A DNA stretch of 52,015 nt from a candidate division WWE3 bacterium (GTDB lineage: Bacteria > Patescibacteriota > 4484-211 > GCA-002791395), in NCBI GenBank assembly GCA_020429745.1, contig JAGQKZ010000002.1, positions 1 to 52,015 on the forward strand. The letters are read 5' to 3'. Position numbers and translations under genes: made by a program. Of the stretch, positions 9,912-17,181 are shown piece by piece. Within the stretch, counting starts at the first letter, position 1, and each line of letters starts with the position of its first letter. The notes below the pieces were generated by a model. That model was not told the origin of the DNA, did no database searches, and worked only from the letters and a program-made list of their open reading frames with translations.

Positions 9912-10808
9912 TCATCCGCCGCTGCTCTTCGCCAGTTGGTTCTCTTCAATGGCGCTGATAAGTGAGCGATACAAGTCTTCATAGGAAGGATTCTTCTCGC
10001 TCCATCTGTCTGGGTTAACGAACTTGGGTGGTTCCATACCGCTATTCAACCTGCCCACGAGTAGTGGGTGGTTTTCGGGTGGCCAGGACGCGTTGTCTTT
10101 TGAAGGCAAAAACTCCGGCACGAATCCAATCAACCTCGAAGCGGGGTTCAGCGCCATCTGCGGAGCGTCTTCTTGGATCATAACTCCAGCAAGTTGATTG
10201 GCTAGATCCCGGCGATCGCCAACGAGTATCTTGCCTTCTCTATCTTCGTGTTCCGCAATCTGGTCTAAGTCATCGACCAAGCCAACAAAATAACACAGCC
10301 AGCTCTGCTCCTCGTCGTTGTGTAGGAGTGCAAGTGGGGCGAGGCTTTCTTCGTCAAGCACAAGTCCCGTTTCTTCGCGTGTTTCTCTTATCGCCGACTG
10401 GGCGATTGATTTGTCGAGATTAGCGTCAAACTTTCCACCCACGCCGTTTATTGTGTTGTCCAAGTGTTTTCCCTTACCTAAGTTTGAACGGATCAGCGCC
10501 ATCACCTGTCCTTTTTTGTCGATCAAAAAGACGATATTAAAAACGATGCGCGTGTCGCTTACGAGTTGCTCGTACTCGCTGGCGATCTGCGCTAACTCTT
10601 CTGGCGTGTATTGGGGCGTGTCGTTGCGGATTCCGGCGAGATAAAGCTCTTCGGCAGGAGATATCTGAGGGGGAATGCCTGCAAGGCGGCGAAGGTGGTC
10701 AAGCTCATGTCGGTCAAGGCGTAAGGTTTCGTCTTGTGCGCGTAATTTGTCGAACGCTGTTTCGGCTGGTCCGGGGTGCGTCGTCGGTTCTCCAGGCTTG
10801 TTACTCAC
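9912..10808 (-). CDS. Nudix-domain protein with N- and C-terminal extensions
   Basis: Nudix-box-like GVGGKFDANLDKSIAQSAIRETREETGL. GTG start 10808 lies 6 nt after TATTAT (rc of 10815-10820). Confidence 0.7.
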   Translation of the reverse strand: MSNKPGEPTTHPGPAETAFDKLRAQDETLRLDRHELDHLRRLAGIPPQISPAEELYLAGIRNDTPQYTPEELAQIASEYEQLVSDTRIVFNIVFLIDKKGQVMALIRSNLGKGKHLDNTINGVGGKFDANLDKSIAQSAIRETREETGLVLDEESLAPLALLHNDEEQSWLCYFVGLVDDLDQIAEHEDREGKILVGDRRDLANQLAGVMIQEDAPQMALNPASRLIGFVPEFLPSKDNASWPPENHPLLVGRLNSGMEPPKFVNPDRWSEKNPSYEDLYRSLISAIEENQLAKSSGG

Positions 10809-10894
10809 AGATCAATAATACCAAAAATGTAAGACCTTGTACTTGCGACCCCATAGAAACTGACGGGTGTGTCAGGAGTTGGTATAATCCAAAT

Positions 10895-12157
10895 ATGCAG
10901 CGCGAGCTCAAGTATCCGAAGTGGTACCACTATGACATCTACGAGAGTCTGAAGGGAAGAATATTCTCTAGTGAGTCGTTTTCAATCGCGGGATTGCCCG
11001 GCTCTGGGCGCACCGCAGCCCTGCGTGTTTTGTGCTTTAACAAAGGCATTCAGGCGGAACATTTCCCTAATCATAAAGTTCTTTTTGTCTTTAGCGATAC
11101 GCGCGGGCTTGGAAGCGTTGAAGAGCGTGATTACTATCGAATTCTTTATGACGACCTCCTTACGGCAATGGGTCTGCCGCCGGACACGAGCGGAAATGTC
11201 GATGCCTACCAAACTCTATCGAAACTGCGAGCAAGCCTTTCCAAAGCGGTTTCTGAATACGACAGGGTTGTTTTTGCGTGTAATCGATTCTTCGTTCTTG
11301 GCGGCGATCTAGCGCGCGTGCAGTTGCAGCTTTCGTTGTTACGCGACGCATTTAAGGATTCGGTTGTCTTTATAATTAGTTTGGAGCATCCTCAGCAAGA
11401 GGTTAATCAAGATACAGAAAAGGCCCTTCACCCGCTTGCGACGAGCACTTATTTCATGCCGCTTTTGTCCCACGACGAGATGGAGCGTTCTCTAAAGTTG
11501 TATCTGGGCTTTTATTCGCTTAATGCCCCTAAGGACCGCTTGGGTGTGATCGCCGAGCTTTCTGGTGGGCATCCCGGCCTTGCGAACCTGCTTCTTCGCT
11601 TGTTTGCCCGTTCGCCGGTCGCATCGAAAGCTTCGGTTGGGCAGTTGCTTCAGGAGCCAACGCTAGTAAACGAGCTAGAACGAATCACGAGGTATTTTAC
11701 AGACGAACAGCGTAGTCATTTGGTTCGGTTAGCGCAGGTTAGCGATGTGTCGGAGTTATGGCCTACTGTATCTGAGGATAGGGTATTAGTTGAAACCGGT
11801 TTGGTGAATAAAGAGGCTGGAGTAGCAATACCCTTGCTAAAGAGGTATCTCGTAGGGAGCGTGCACGTCCCGAATGCGAGGTTTGATATTAACGGCGGCA
11901 GGGTTTTTCTAGATTCTAAGGAGCTTGAGGGGTTGTCTTTAACGGAGTTTCGCATTATTGAGCATCTTGTTAGAAACACCGGCAAGATCGTAACGCGCGA
12001 TGAGTTGGCGGCGATAATCTCTCCAGATTCCGAAGGCGCCGGCGTGTCGAACGAGTCGATTGATCAGTACATTTCGCGGTTAAGAAAGAAAATATCGCTG
12101 ATTTCTGACGGTGAAATAATAAAAACGGTTTTTGGCCGAGGATATATGGTTGATTAG
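10895..12157 (+). CDS. degenerate P-loop NTPase (STAND-like) fused to a C-terminal OmpR/PhoB-type winged-helix DNA-binding domain
   Basis: Walker-A-like GLPGSGRT (Arg in place of Lys) and a GxP-like SGGHPGLANLL. C-terminus LTEFRIIEHLVRNTGKIVTRDELAAII...IDQYISRLRKKI...TVFGRGYMVD matches the trans_reg_C pattern. ATG 10895 lies 6 nt after TATAAT 10883-10888. Confidence 0.8.
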   Translation: MQRELKYPKWYHYDIYESLKGRIFSSESFSIAGLPGSGRTAALRVLCFNKGIQAEHFPNHKVLFVFSDTRGLGSVEERDYYRILYDDLLTAMGLPPDTSGNVDAYQTLSKLRASLSKAVSEYDRVVFACNRFFVLGGDLARVQLQLSLLRDAFKDSVVFIISLEHPQQEVNQDTEKALHPLATSTYFMPLLSHDEMERSLKLYLGFYSLNAPKDRLGVIAELSGGHPGLANLLLRLFARSPVASKASVGQLLQEPTLVNELERITRYFTDEQRSHLVRLAQVSDVSELWPTVSEDRVLVETGLVNKEAGVAIPLLKRYLVGSVHVPNARFDINGGRVFLDSKELEGLSLTEFRIIEHLVRNTGKIVTRDELAAIISPDSEGAGVSNESIDQYISRLRKKISLISDGEIIKTVFGRGYMVD

Positions 12158-12162
12158 GGGAA

Positions 12163-12195
12163 ACGGGTAGAGAACAGTCTCTACCCGTCTTGATT
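12163..12195. terminator. bidirectional stem-loop between convergent genes
   Basis: An 11-bp perfect stem ACGGGTAGAGA / TCTCTACCCGT (12163-12173, 12178-12188) with loop ACAG, followed by a T-containing tail. Confidence 0.65.
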
Positions 12196-12202
12196 GTGGT
12201 GC

Positions 12203-12433
12203 TTACGGTATGGCAGGGCCACCGGTTTGCGCCATCGGGATGACGAAGGCTCCTTCCGGTAGTTCTGCTTCTGTCCACTGGATTCTTCCGCCGAGGACGA
12301 CCCCGGTGATCCTAAACGTGCGGCCGTTAACCTCGATAAAGTTTCCCTCTTTGACGTCCCAAAGATACCTCAGGTCGGCTTCGAGAAGAATTTCGCGGGG
12401 AGAGCAGTAGACTTGCACTCGGTAGATCGTCAT
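12203..12433 (-). CDS. small hypothetical protein (76 aa), last gene of a 4-gene small-ORF operon
   Basis: The ATG overlaps the stop of the upstream ORF (ATGA at 12430-12433). GAGGCGG lies upstream. No known motif. Confidence 0.5.
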   Translation of the reverse strand: MTIYRVQVYCSPREILLEADLRYLWDVKEGNFIEVNGRTFRITGVVLGGRIQWTEAELPEGAFVIPMAQTGGPAIP

Positions 12434-12636
12434 TTCCGCCTCGCTTTCGCTGGGAGTAGCCAGATGCGCCGTGCAAGAACTTCACCGATATTGGAGAGCC
12501 ATCTTGCGTCGTCAACGTAATACTTCTGACCGCCCAGTGTAATGGGTTCGCCCCTGTCTGGGAGCACCTCACTGCGTGTAGATTCGAGGAAGCGTTCTTG
12601 AAGCGGAAATCCATACCAATACTGCAAGAGATACAT
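12430..12636 (-). CDS. small hypothetical protein (68 aa, basic C-terminus)
   Basis: Strong SD AAGGAGGA 5 nt upstream of ATG 12636. Translationally coupled to the next ORF. Confidence 0.55.
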   Translation of the reverse strand: MYLLQYWYGFPLQERFLESTRSEVLPDRGEPITLGGQKYYVDDARWLSNIGEVLARRIWLLPAKARRK

Positions 12637-12675
12637 CTTCTCCTCCTTGGATTGAGTAGTCTGTTGGGGGTGGGA

Positions 12676-12882
12676 TTACACCCGTACGACGGTTACGTGC
12701 CACATCTCTCGGTGGTCTTCCGGGGCTCCGAGTTGTCGATCGAACGCGCCGATCTTCACCACTTGCAGGGATGGGATCGTGTTCGGCAGGACCTCCCGCT
12801 CCTCGGGAAGGCGGTCGCAGCGATAGTAGCCCATCCATTCTCCCGATTGGGTGCGCATGTTGAGCATGTAGAGGGTTGTCAT
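12676..12882 (-). CDS. small hypothetical protein (68 aa)
   Basis: ATG 12882 overlaps the stop of the upstream ORF (ATGA). GGAGTG lies upstream. Confidence 0.5.
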   Translation of the reverse strand: MTTLYMLNMRTQSGEWMGYYRCDRLPEEREVLPNTIPSLQVVKIGAFDRQLGAPEDHREMWHVTVVRV

Positions 12883-13142
12883 GTGTGTTCACTCCATTCG
12901 CCAACGTGAGTCATAGAGATAATCTTTGTCCCGTAAGAGATCTCAGTCCTCTCCACCCGGGTCAACTGAATAGTTGTTACCCTTTCGCGGGAGACTTCGG
13001 TGATTCGGTAGATGTCACTCCATCGTCCGTTGGGGTAAAAGAAGGTTATGTAGGTACCGATCTGGATGTCGTCGTGCTCGTCGCCCCGGCAGTGCAAACG
13101 AATGTTCCCTGGCGGAACTTCAGATTGGACGTATATAACCAT
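12879..13142 (-). CDS. small hypothetical protein (87 aa), first gene of the small-ORF operon
   Basis: Start set to ATG 13142 (MVIYVQSE...), preceded by AAAGGAGG with 9-nt spacing. The longer 107-aa version has no ribosome-binding site. Confidence 0.55.
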   Translation of the reverse strand: MVIYVQSEVPPGNIRLHCRGDEHDDIQIGTYITFFYPNGRWSDIYRITEVSRERVTTIQLTRVERTEISYGTKIISMTHVGEWSEHT

Positions 13143-13322
13143 TGCCCGTGGCCTCCTTTCGTCATGATGTAACGCGTGAAACGTTAAGTTGTTTATGTGC
13201 AAATTAAACTTAACTTTATTCGGGTCTTATATCTTGATGTATCGCTTTTGATCTGATGACATGAGGTTAACGTTTATGTCAGGAATCTCCAGTCCATTTG
13301 GTAGGTGTATAATTCTTATGCT

Positions 13323-14549
13323 ATGTCCTCTGCTTTTGAAAACGCCGTGAATGTTGTCCGCCAGGCTGCAAAAATCGCCGATATCGACGAAGATGTAGTT
13401 GAACTCCTCTCGCGCCCGCAACGCATTGTAAGGGTCGCTGTTCCCGTTTATATGGACAGCGGAGAACTAAAGATCTTCGACGGATTTCGCGTGCAACACA
13501 ACAACTGGCGTGGTCCGTATAAGGGTGGAATTCGCTTCCACCAGGATGTCTCTGAAGATGAGGTTAAAGCGCTAGCAACATGGATGAGCATCAAGTGCGC
13601 GGTTGTTGATATTCCTCTTGGGGGCGGCAAGGGGGGCGTGATCGTCGATCCTAAGGGGTTGTCGCAAGCGGAACTCGAGAGATTAAGTCGGGCATACATT
13701 GCTGCGGTTGCGCCTGTTGTCGGTCCGCAAGTTGATATTCCAGCCCCAGACGTCAATACCACCGCGCAGATTATGGACTGGATGGCCGACGAGTACGCGA
13801 AAGTGACCGGGGATTGGCAACCGGGTGTCGTCACGGGCAAGTCGATTGATAAGGGCGGTTCCCAAGGGAGAAATAACGCTACGGCACAGGGTGGGGTCTA
13901 CGTGTTGCAGGAGTATTTTAAACAGAAAGGCGAAAGCTTGAGCGGAAAGACGATGGCGATTCAGGGGTTCGGCAACGCGGGGAGCGTATTCGCTAACCTC
14001 GCGCATGAGCTTGGCGCAAAGATCGTTGCCGTTTCTGACTCAAAAGGAGGGGTTTACTCAGCGTCTGGATTTAGCGTTGCTGCCTTGTCTGAGCACAAAA
14101 AAGAAACATCGAGCGTTGCTGGGTTTGAGGGTAGCTCAGCGATTAGTCAGGAGGCCTTGTTAGCTCTCGATGTCGACGTGTTGGTCCCCGCTGCTTTAGA
14201 AGGCGTGATTACAGACGCAAACGTAGAGAACGTCAAGGCGCGGGTTGTGCTAGAGCTCGCCAACGGGCCAACAACCCCTGAGGCGGATGTGGTGTTGTTT
14301 GAAAAGAACATCGGCGTTATTCCCGATGTGTTAGCCAACGCCGGAGGGGTAACGGTATCGTATTTTGAGTGGAAGCAAAATCTTGCCGATGAGAGTTGGT
14401 CCGAGGGGGAAGTCTTAAGCAAGTTGGAGCCAATAATGAAAGATGCTTTGTCGGAGGTGTTGTCGGTAGCACGCGAAAAAAACATTAATCTTCGCCAAGC
14501 GGCCTATGCGCTGGCTCTGCAAAGAATTAGCGCTGCACGTCCTTCTTAG
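13323..14549 (+). CDS. gdhA: NAD(P)-dependent glutamate dehydrogenase
   Basis: GPYKGGIRFH and PLGGGKGG signatures, plus a Rossmann GFGNAGS. ATG 13323 lies 9 nt after TATAAT 13308-13313. Confidence 0.93.
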   Translation: MSSAFENAVNVVRQAAKIADIDEDVVELLSRPQRIVRVAVPVYMDSGELKIFDGFRVQHNNWRGPYKGGIRFHQDVSEDEVKALATWMSIKCAVVDIPLGGGKGGVIVDPKGLSQAELERLSRAYIAAVAPVVGPQVDIPAPDVNTTAQIMDWMADEYAKVTGDWQPGVVTGKSIDKGGSQGRNNATAQGGVYVLQEYFKQKGESLSGKTMAIQGFGNAGSVFANLAHELGAKIVAVSDSKGGVYSASGFSVAALSEHKKETSSVAGFEGSSAISQEALLALDVDVLVPAALEGVITDANVENVKARVVLELANGPTTPEADVVLFEKNIGVIPDVLANAGGVTVSYFEWKQNLADESWSEGEVLSKLEPIMKDALSEVLSVAREKNINLRQAAYALALQRISAARPS

Positions 14550-14788
14550 TCGCCTTGTCGTTCTAAAAGAATCTCGGCCGTGTTTTTGTTTATGGCGTTT
14601 TCCGGGGTAACGCCGAACTCGGACAGGAACTCCCAAACTGCATCCGGATCGTCGGTTTCAAACTTTAATGTCTCCGATCTGTCGTCAAACATCTCGTCCA
14701 GCACGGTAAACTCATCCCGTTCGGTGCTTAGGCTGTATTGGGTCGCGCCTTGTTCGTACTCGACCCAAGGTTCGTAATTAAGCGCCAC
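14546..14788 (-). CDS. hypothetical acidic protein; possibly the C-terminal half of a frameshifted gene
   Basis: 80-aa ORF with GTG start. Its frame stays open upstream to about 14866 and overlaps the tail of the ORF 14728-15078. Confidence 0.45.
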   Translation of the reverse strand: MALNYEPWVEYEQGATQYSLSTERDEFTVLDEMFDDRSETLKFETDDPDAVWEFLSEFGVTPENAINKNTAEILLERQGD

Positions 14789-15078
14789 CAGCTTGTCCCA
14801 GCACTCCTGCTTTGTACCGGAATCACCTCGTCCCTGGTATCGTAACTGCCGTCTGGATTGGTTAGAACGTCAATCTTTTGCGCCTTCGACCTTCCGTCGG
14901 GGAAGGTCCTAAGTCGGACAACGGAATTTTTGGGATGGAAGTTTTTGATGTCCGTACCCACGGGCTTCCAAAATGAACCGGATAAGTTGTCTAGTTCCTT
15001 TGAGTCCTGGGCGATCTCCTTAATGCGTTGCAGGAGGTTGGGGCTTGAATTGACTCGAATCGTCGTGCCCTTTGCCAT
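14728..15078 (-). CDS. hypothetical protein; possibly the N-terminal half of a frameshifted gene
   Basis: ATG 15078 lies 6 nt after TATAAT (rc of 15085-15090). The last ~30 codons (SRSAGTSWWRLITNLGSSTNKARPNTA) look like out-of-frame sequence. Confidence 0.5.
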   Translation of the reverse strand: MAKGTTIRVNSSPNLLQRIKEIAQDSKELDNLSGSFWKPVGTDIKNFHPKNSVVRLRTFPDGRSKAQKIDVLTNPDGSYDTRDEVIPVQSRSAGTSWWRLITNLGSSTNKARPNTA

Positions 15079-15143
15079 ATATAAATTATAGCATTACAAG
15101 AGTCGGTGCGTTTATCACTCTTTATAAACAAAGTGGCACCAAG

Positions 15144-15173
15144 TTGACAGTAGCTTATAGTTTGTGGTATAAA
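15144..15173 (+). promoter_or_regulatory. sigma-70-type promoter of the HTH-CYTH gene (leaderless transcript predicted)
   Basis: TTGACA 15144-15149, an 18-nt spacer, TATAAA 15168-15173, then ATG at 15180. Confidence 0.6.
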
Positions 15174-15179
15174 CTCGGT

Positions 15180-15941
15180 ATGGCAGACGCACTGTATTCA
15201 CTTAAGGAGACGGCTGAAATCCTAAACGTTCATTGGCAAACCGTGCGTAGCTACATCAAAAACGGTTCACTAAAGGCTGTGAAGGTTGGGCGCGCGTATC
15301 GTATTCGTGAGAAGGACATCGATACACTGCTTGGAAAAAGGTCAAAAGAGCAAGATAAGGTCGAGATCGAGGTCCGATTTGTCACGAAAAATCGTCGGGC
15401 GATTGAGCAGAGACTTATTAAACTGGGCGCCAAGGTGACGCACCATTCACACATCATTGACCACTGGTTCTCTGACAAGACCGTGAAAAGTTTAACGGAG
15501 AAGGATGTTTTTTATGAGAGTGACGATGGTTATGGTCTGCGAATCCGTGAGCTAGATAACGGCTATACCGGCAAGATGTCAACGGTGATGGAGATTAAAA
15601 AACTGGCGGTTCCCGGCGACCACTCAACCTGCATCGAGCATGAGATTACGGTGCCTGACTACGAGCATGCAAAAAGATTTTTGGCCTTAATGGTGATGAA
15701 AGAGTTTGCTACCGTTGATAAGGATCGCGTCGTGTACGCTGTTGACGATTATAAAATTGCAATCGATACAATCAAGGACTATAAAACCGCCGTTGAAATA
15801 GAGATGATGACAGATGAAGACAAAAAGGTTATTATCCCGCAGCTATTAGATTTTGCTCAGAAACTAGGTCTCGATCCCAAAAAAGATCGCGTGGAAAAGA
15901 GTGTTACGTACGAGTTTATGGTTGAACGGTCTAGGTTTTGA
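15180..15941 (+). CDS. excisionase/MerR-type HTH fused to a CYTH (CyaB/ThTPase-like) domain
   Basis: N-terminus YSLKETAEILNVHWQTVRSYIKNGSLKAVKVGRAYRIREKDIDTLL matches the excisionase-family HTH pattern. It is followed by an EXEXK-type strand (KVEIEVRFV) and a ~190-aa CYTH-sized domain. Confidence 0.75.
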   Translation: MADALYSLKETAEILNVHWQTVRSYIKNGSLKAVKVGRAYRIREKDIDTLLGKRSKEQDKVEIEVRFVTKNRRAIEQRLIKLGAKVTHHSHIIDHWFSDKTVKSLTEKDVFYESDDGYGLRIRELDNGYTGKMSTVMEIKKLAVPGDHSTCIEHEITVPDYEHAKRFLALMVMKEFATVDKDRVVYAVDDYKIAIDTIKDYKTAVEIEMMTDEDKKVIIPQLLDFAQKLGLDPKKDRVEKSVTYEFMVERSRF

Positions 15942-15981
15942 TCTGATTTAACTATTCGTCTTGGCTGTATAATTTTTAAGT

Positions 15982-17139
15982 ATGTTAAGCGAGAGGTATT
16001 CCAAGCCAGAGGTTAGCAAGTTTACCCCGTATCAAAGCATTCGCCGTGTGGACGACGTGTTACGAGTCTTGAAAGATGTTCATGGAAGAGATGAAGAAAG
16101 AGCTGCCGTTACGTCTTATCTTCACGAGTCGCAACGGACATTAGCCGTTTTAGAGATGGAGGCTTCCGAATCGCCACTATCGATGGCTGAAATACATAAT
16201 CGTCTCTCAAAAATGTCGAAAGAAGATGCCTCTCGACTCTGGAATCAGACGGCACATATCATTAGCAAAACAACAGACGCCTTTGATGAGCTGTCGTCCC
16301 TGGGAATGCTATCGTTTGTGCAAGAAAAGGGCTACATGGACAACGGTAATGGCGATAAGTCAGAAGTACGGGTTCTTTGGGGGAGCGATGGTGAGGCATG
16401 GTACGACGAGGAAGAGAACGCGATCCATATGCCAGGTTCGCCACCAACCGAGGTGAACATGCTGATGAGTCTATGTGAAAACGGAACGCTCCCAGACGAT
16501 ATAGAGGAGTTGCGACGCCAGATGTTTGCCAAAGAGCAAGATGTTAATCTTGACAGTGTTGCGGATCGACTACGTCAGGCTTTAAATATCGGGGCAAGTC
16601 TGGCAACTGCAAGAGGGAGTCTCCCGGTTGCGATGTTTTTGCATGATCTGTCGTCAATGACGGAGATTTTACCTGGTAAGGTTGAAGGGGTCTTGTTCAA
16701 CGGTGGAGAACACAGGCTTGATGCGGCAGATGCCCACTATGCGGCAGCTACTGAAGACGATACCGATCTACAAGATTTGGTGGGCAACTCGAATGATCCG
16801 TTTGAGAGGGCGATTGAGGTTTTTAGTACGCTTCGAGCCTTGGGCGTAAGCGATCAAGACCTGCTAGGTGAGTATGACTTGGAAAGTATCTTCCGTTTTG
16901 ATGAAGGTACGCAATCGTTCCCCGACCTAGAGAAGGCTTTGCAGGAACGTATGCGTGAGCTTGAGATGGAGTGGACTGGAGATGATGCTGTTCTTGCACT
17001 CATGCAGTCACGTCAAGCAGAGAAAGCGTTACAGAGAATCTTAGCTCGTGAATTAGCGCTGCAAAGTGTGCTTTCTGAGATTGCTCCGGAGACCGGTTTC
17101 AGGTCGGAGATCGTTAGTAAAATTATCTCGCAAGACTAA
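15982..17139 (+). CDS. hypothetical acidic protein
   Basis: 385-aa ORF. ATG lies 8 nt after TATAAT 15968-15973. No motif recognised. Confidence 0.65.
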   Translation: MLSERYSKPEVSKFTPYQSIRRVDDVLRVLKDVHGRDEERAAVTSYLHESQRTLAVLEMEASESPLSMAEIHNRLSKMSKEDASRLWNQTAHIISKTTDAFDELSSLGMLSFVQEKGYMDNGNGDKSEVRVLWGSDGEAWYDEEENAIHMPGSPPTEVNMLMSLCENGTLPDDIEELRRQMFAKEQDVNLDSVADRLRQALNIGASLATARGSLPVAMFLHDLSSMTEILPGKVEGVLFNGGEHRLDAADAHYAAATEDDTDLQDLVGNSNDPFERAIEVFSTLRALGVSDQDLLGEYDLESIFRFDEGTQSFPDLEKALQERMRELEMEWTGDDAVLALMQSRQAEKALQRILARELALQSVLSEIAPETGFRSEIVSKIISQD

Positions 17140-17181
17140 CGTCGTCTATTCACCGCAACCGGTATCGCATATACTGTTTCT

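Noticed and set aside
12210-13172. Plus-strand ORFs 12210-12410, 12598-12909 and 12876-13172 overlapping the small-ORF operon
   Set aside because: None has an SD or a -10/start arrangement. The minus-strand ORFs have canonical SD sites and ATGA coupling. The strand call still deserves a GC3 frame-plot check.
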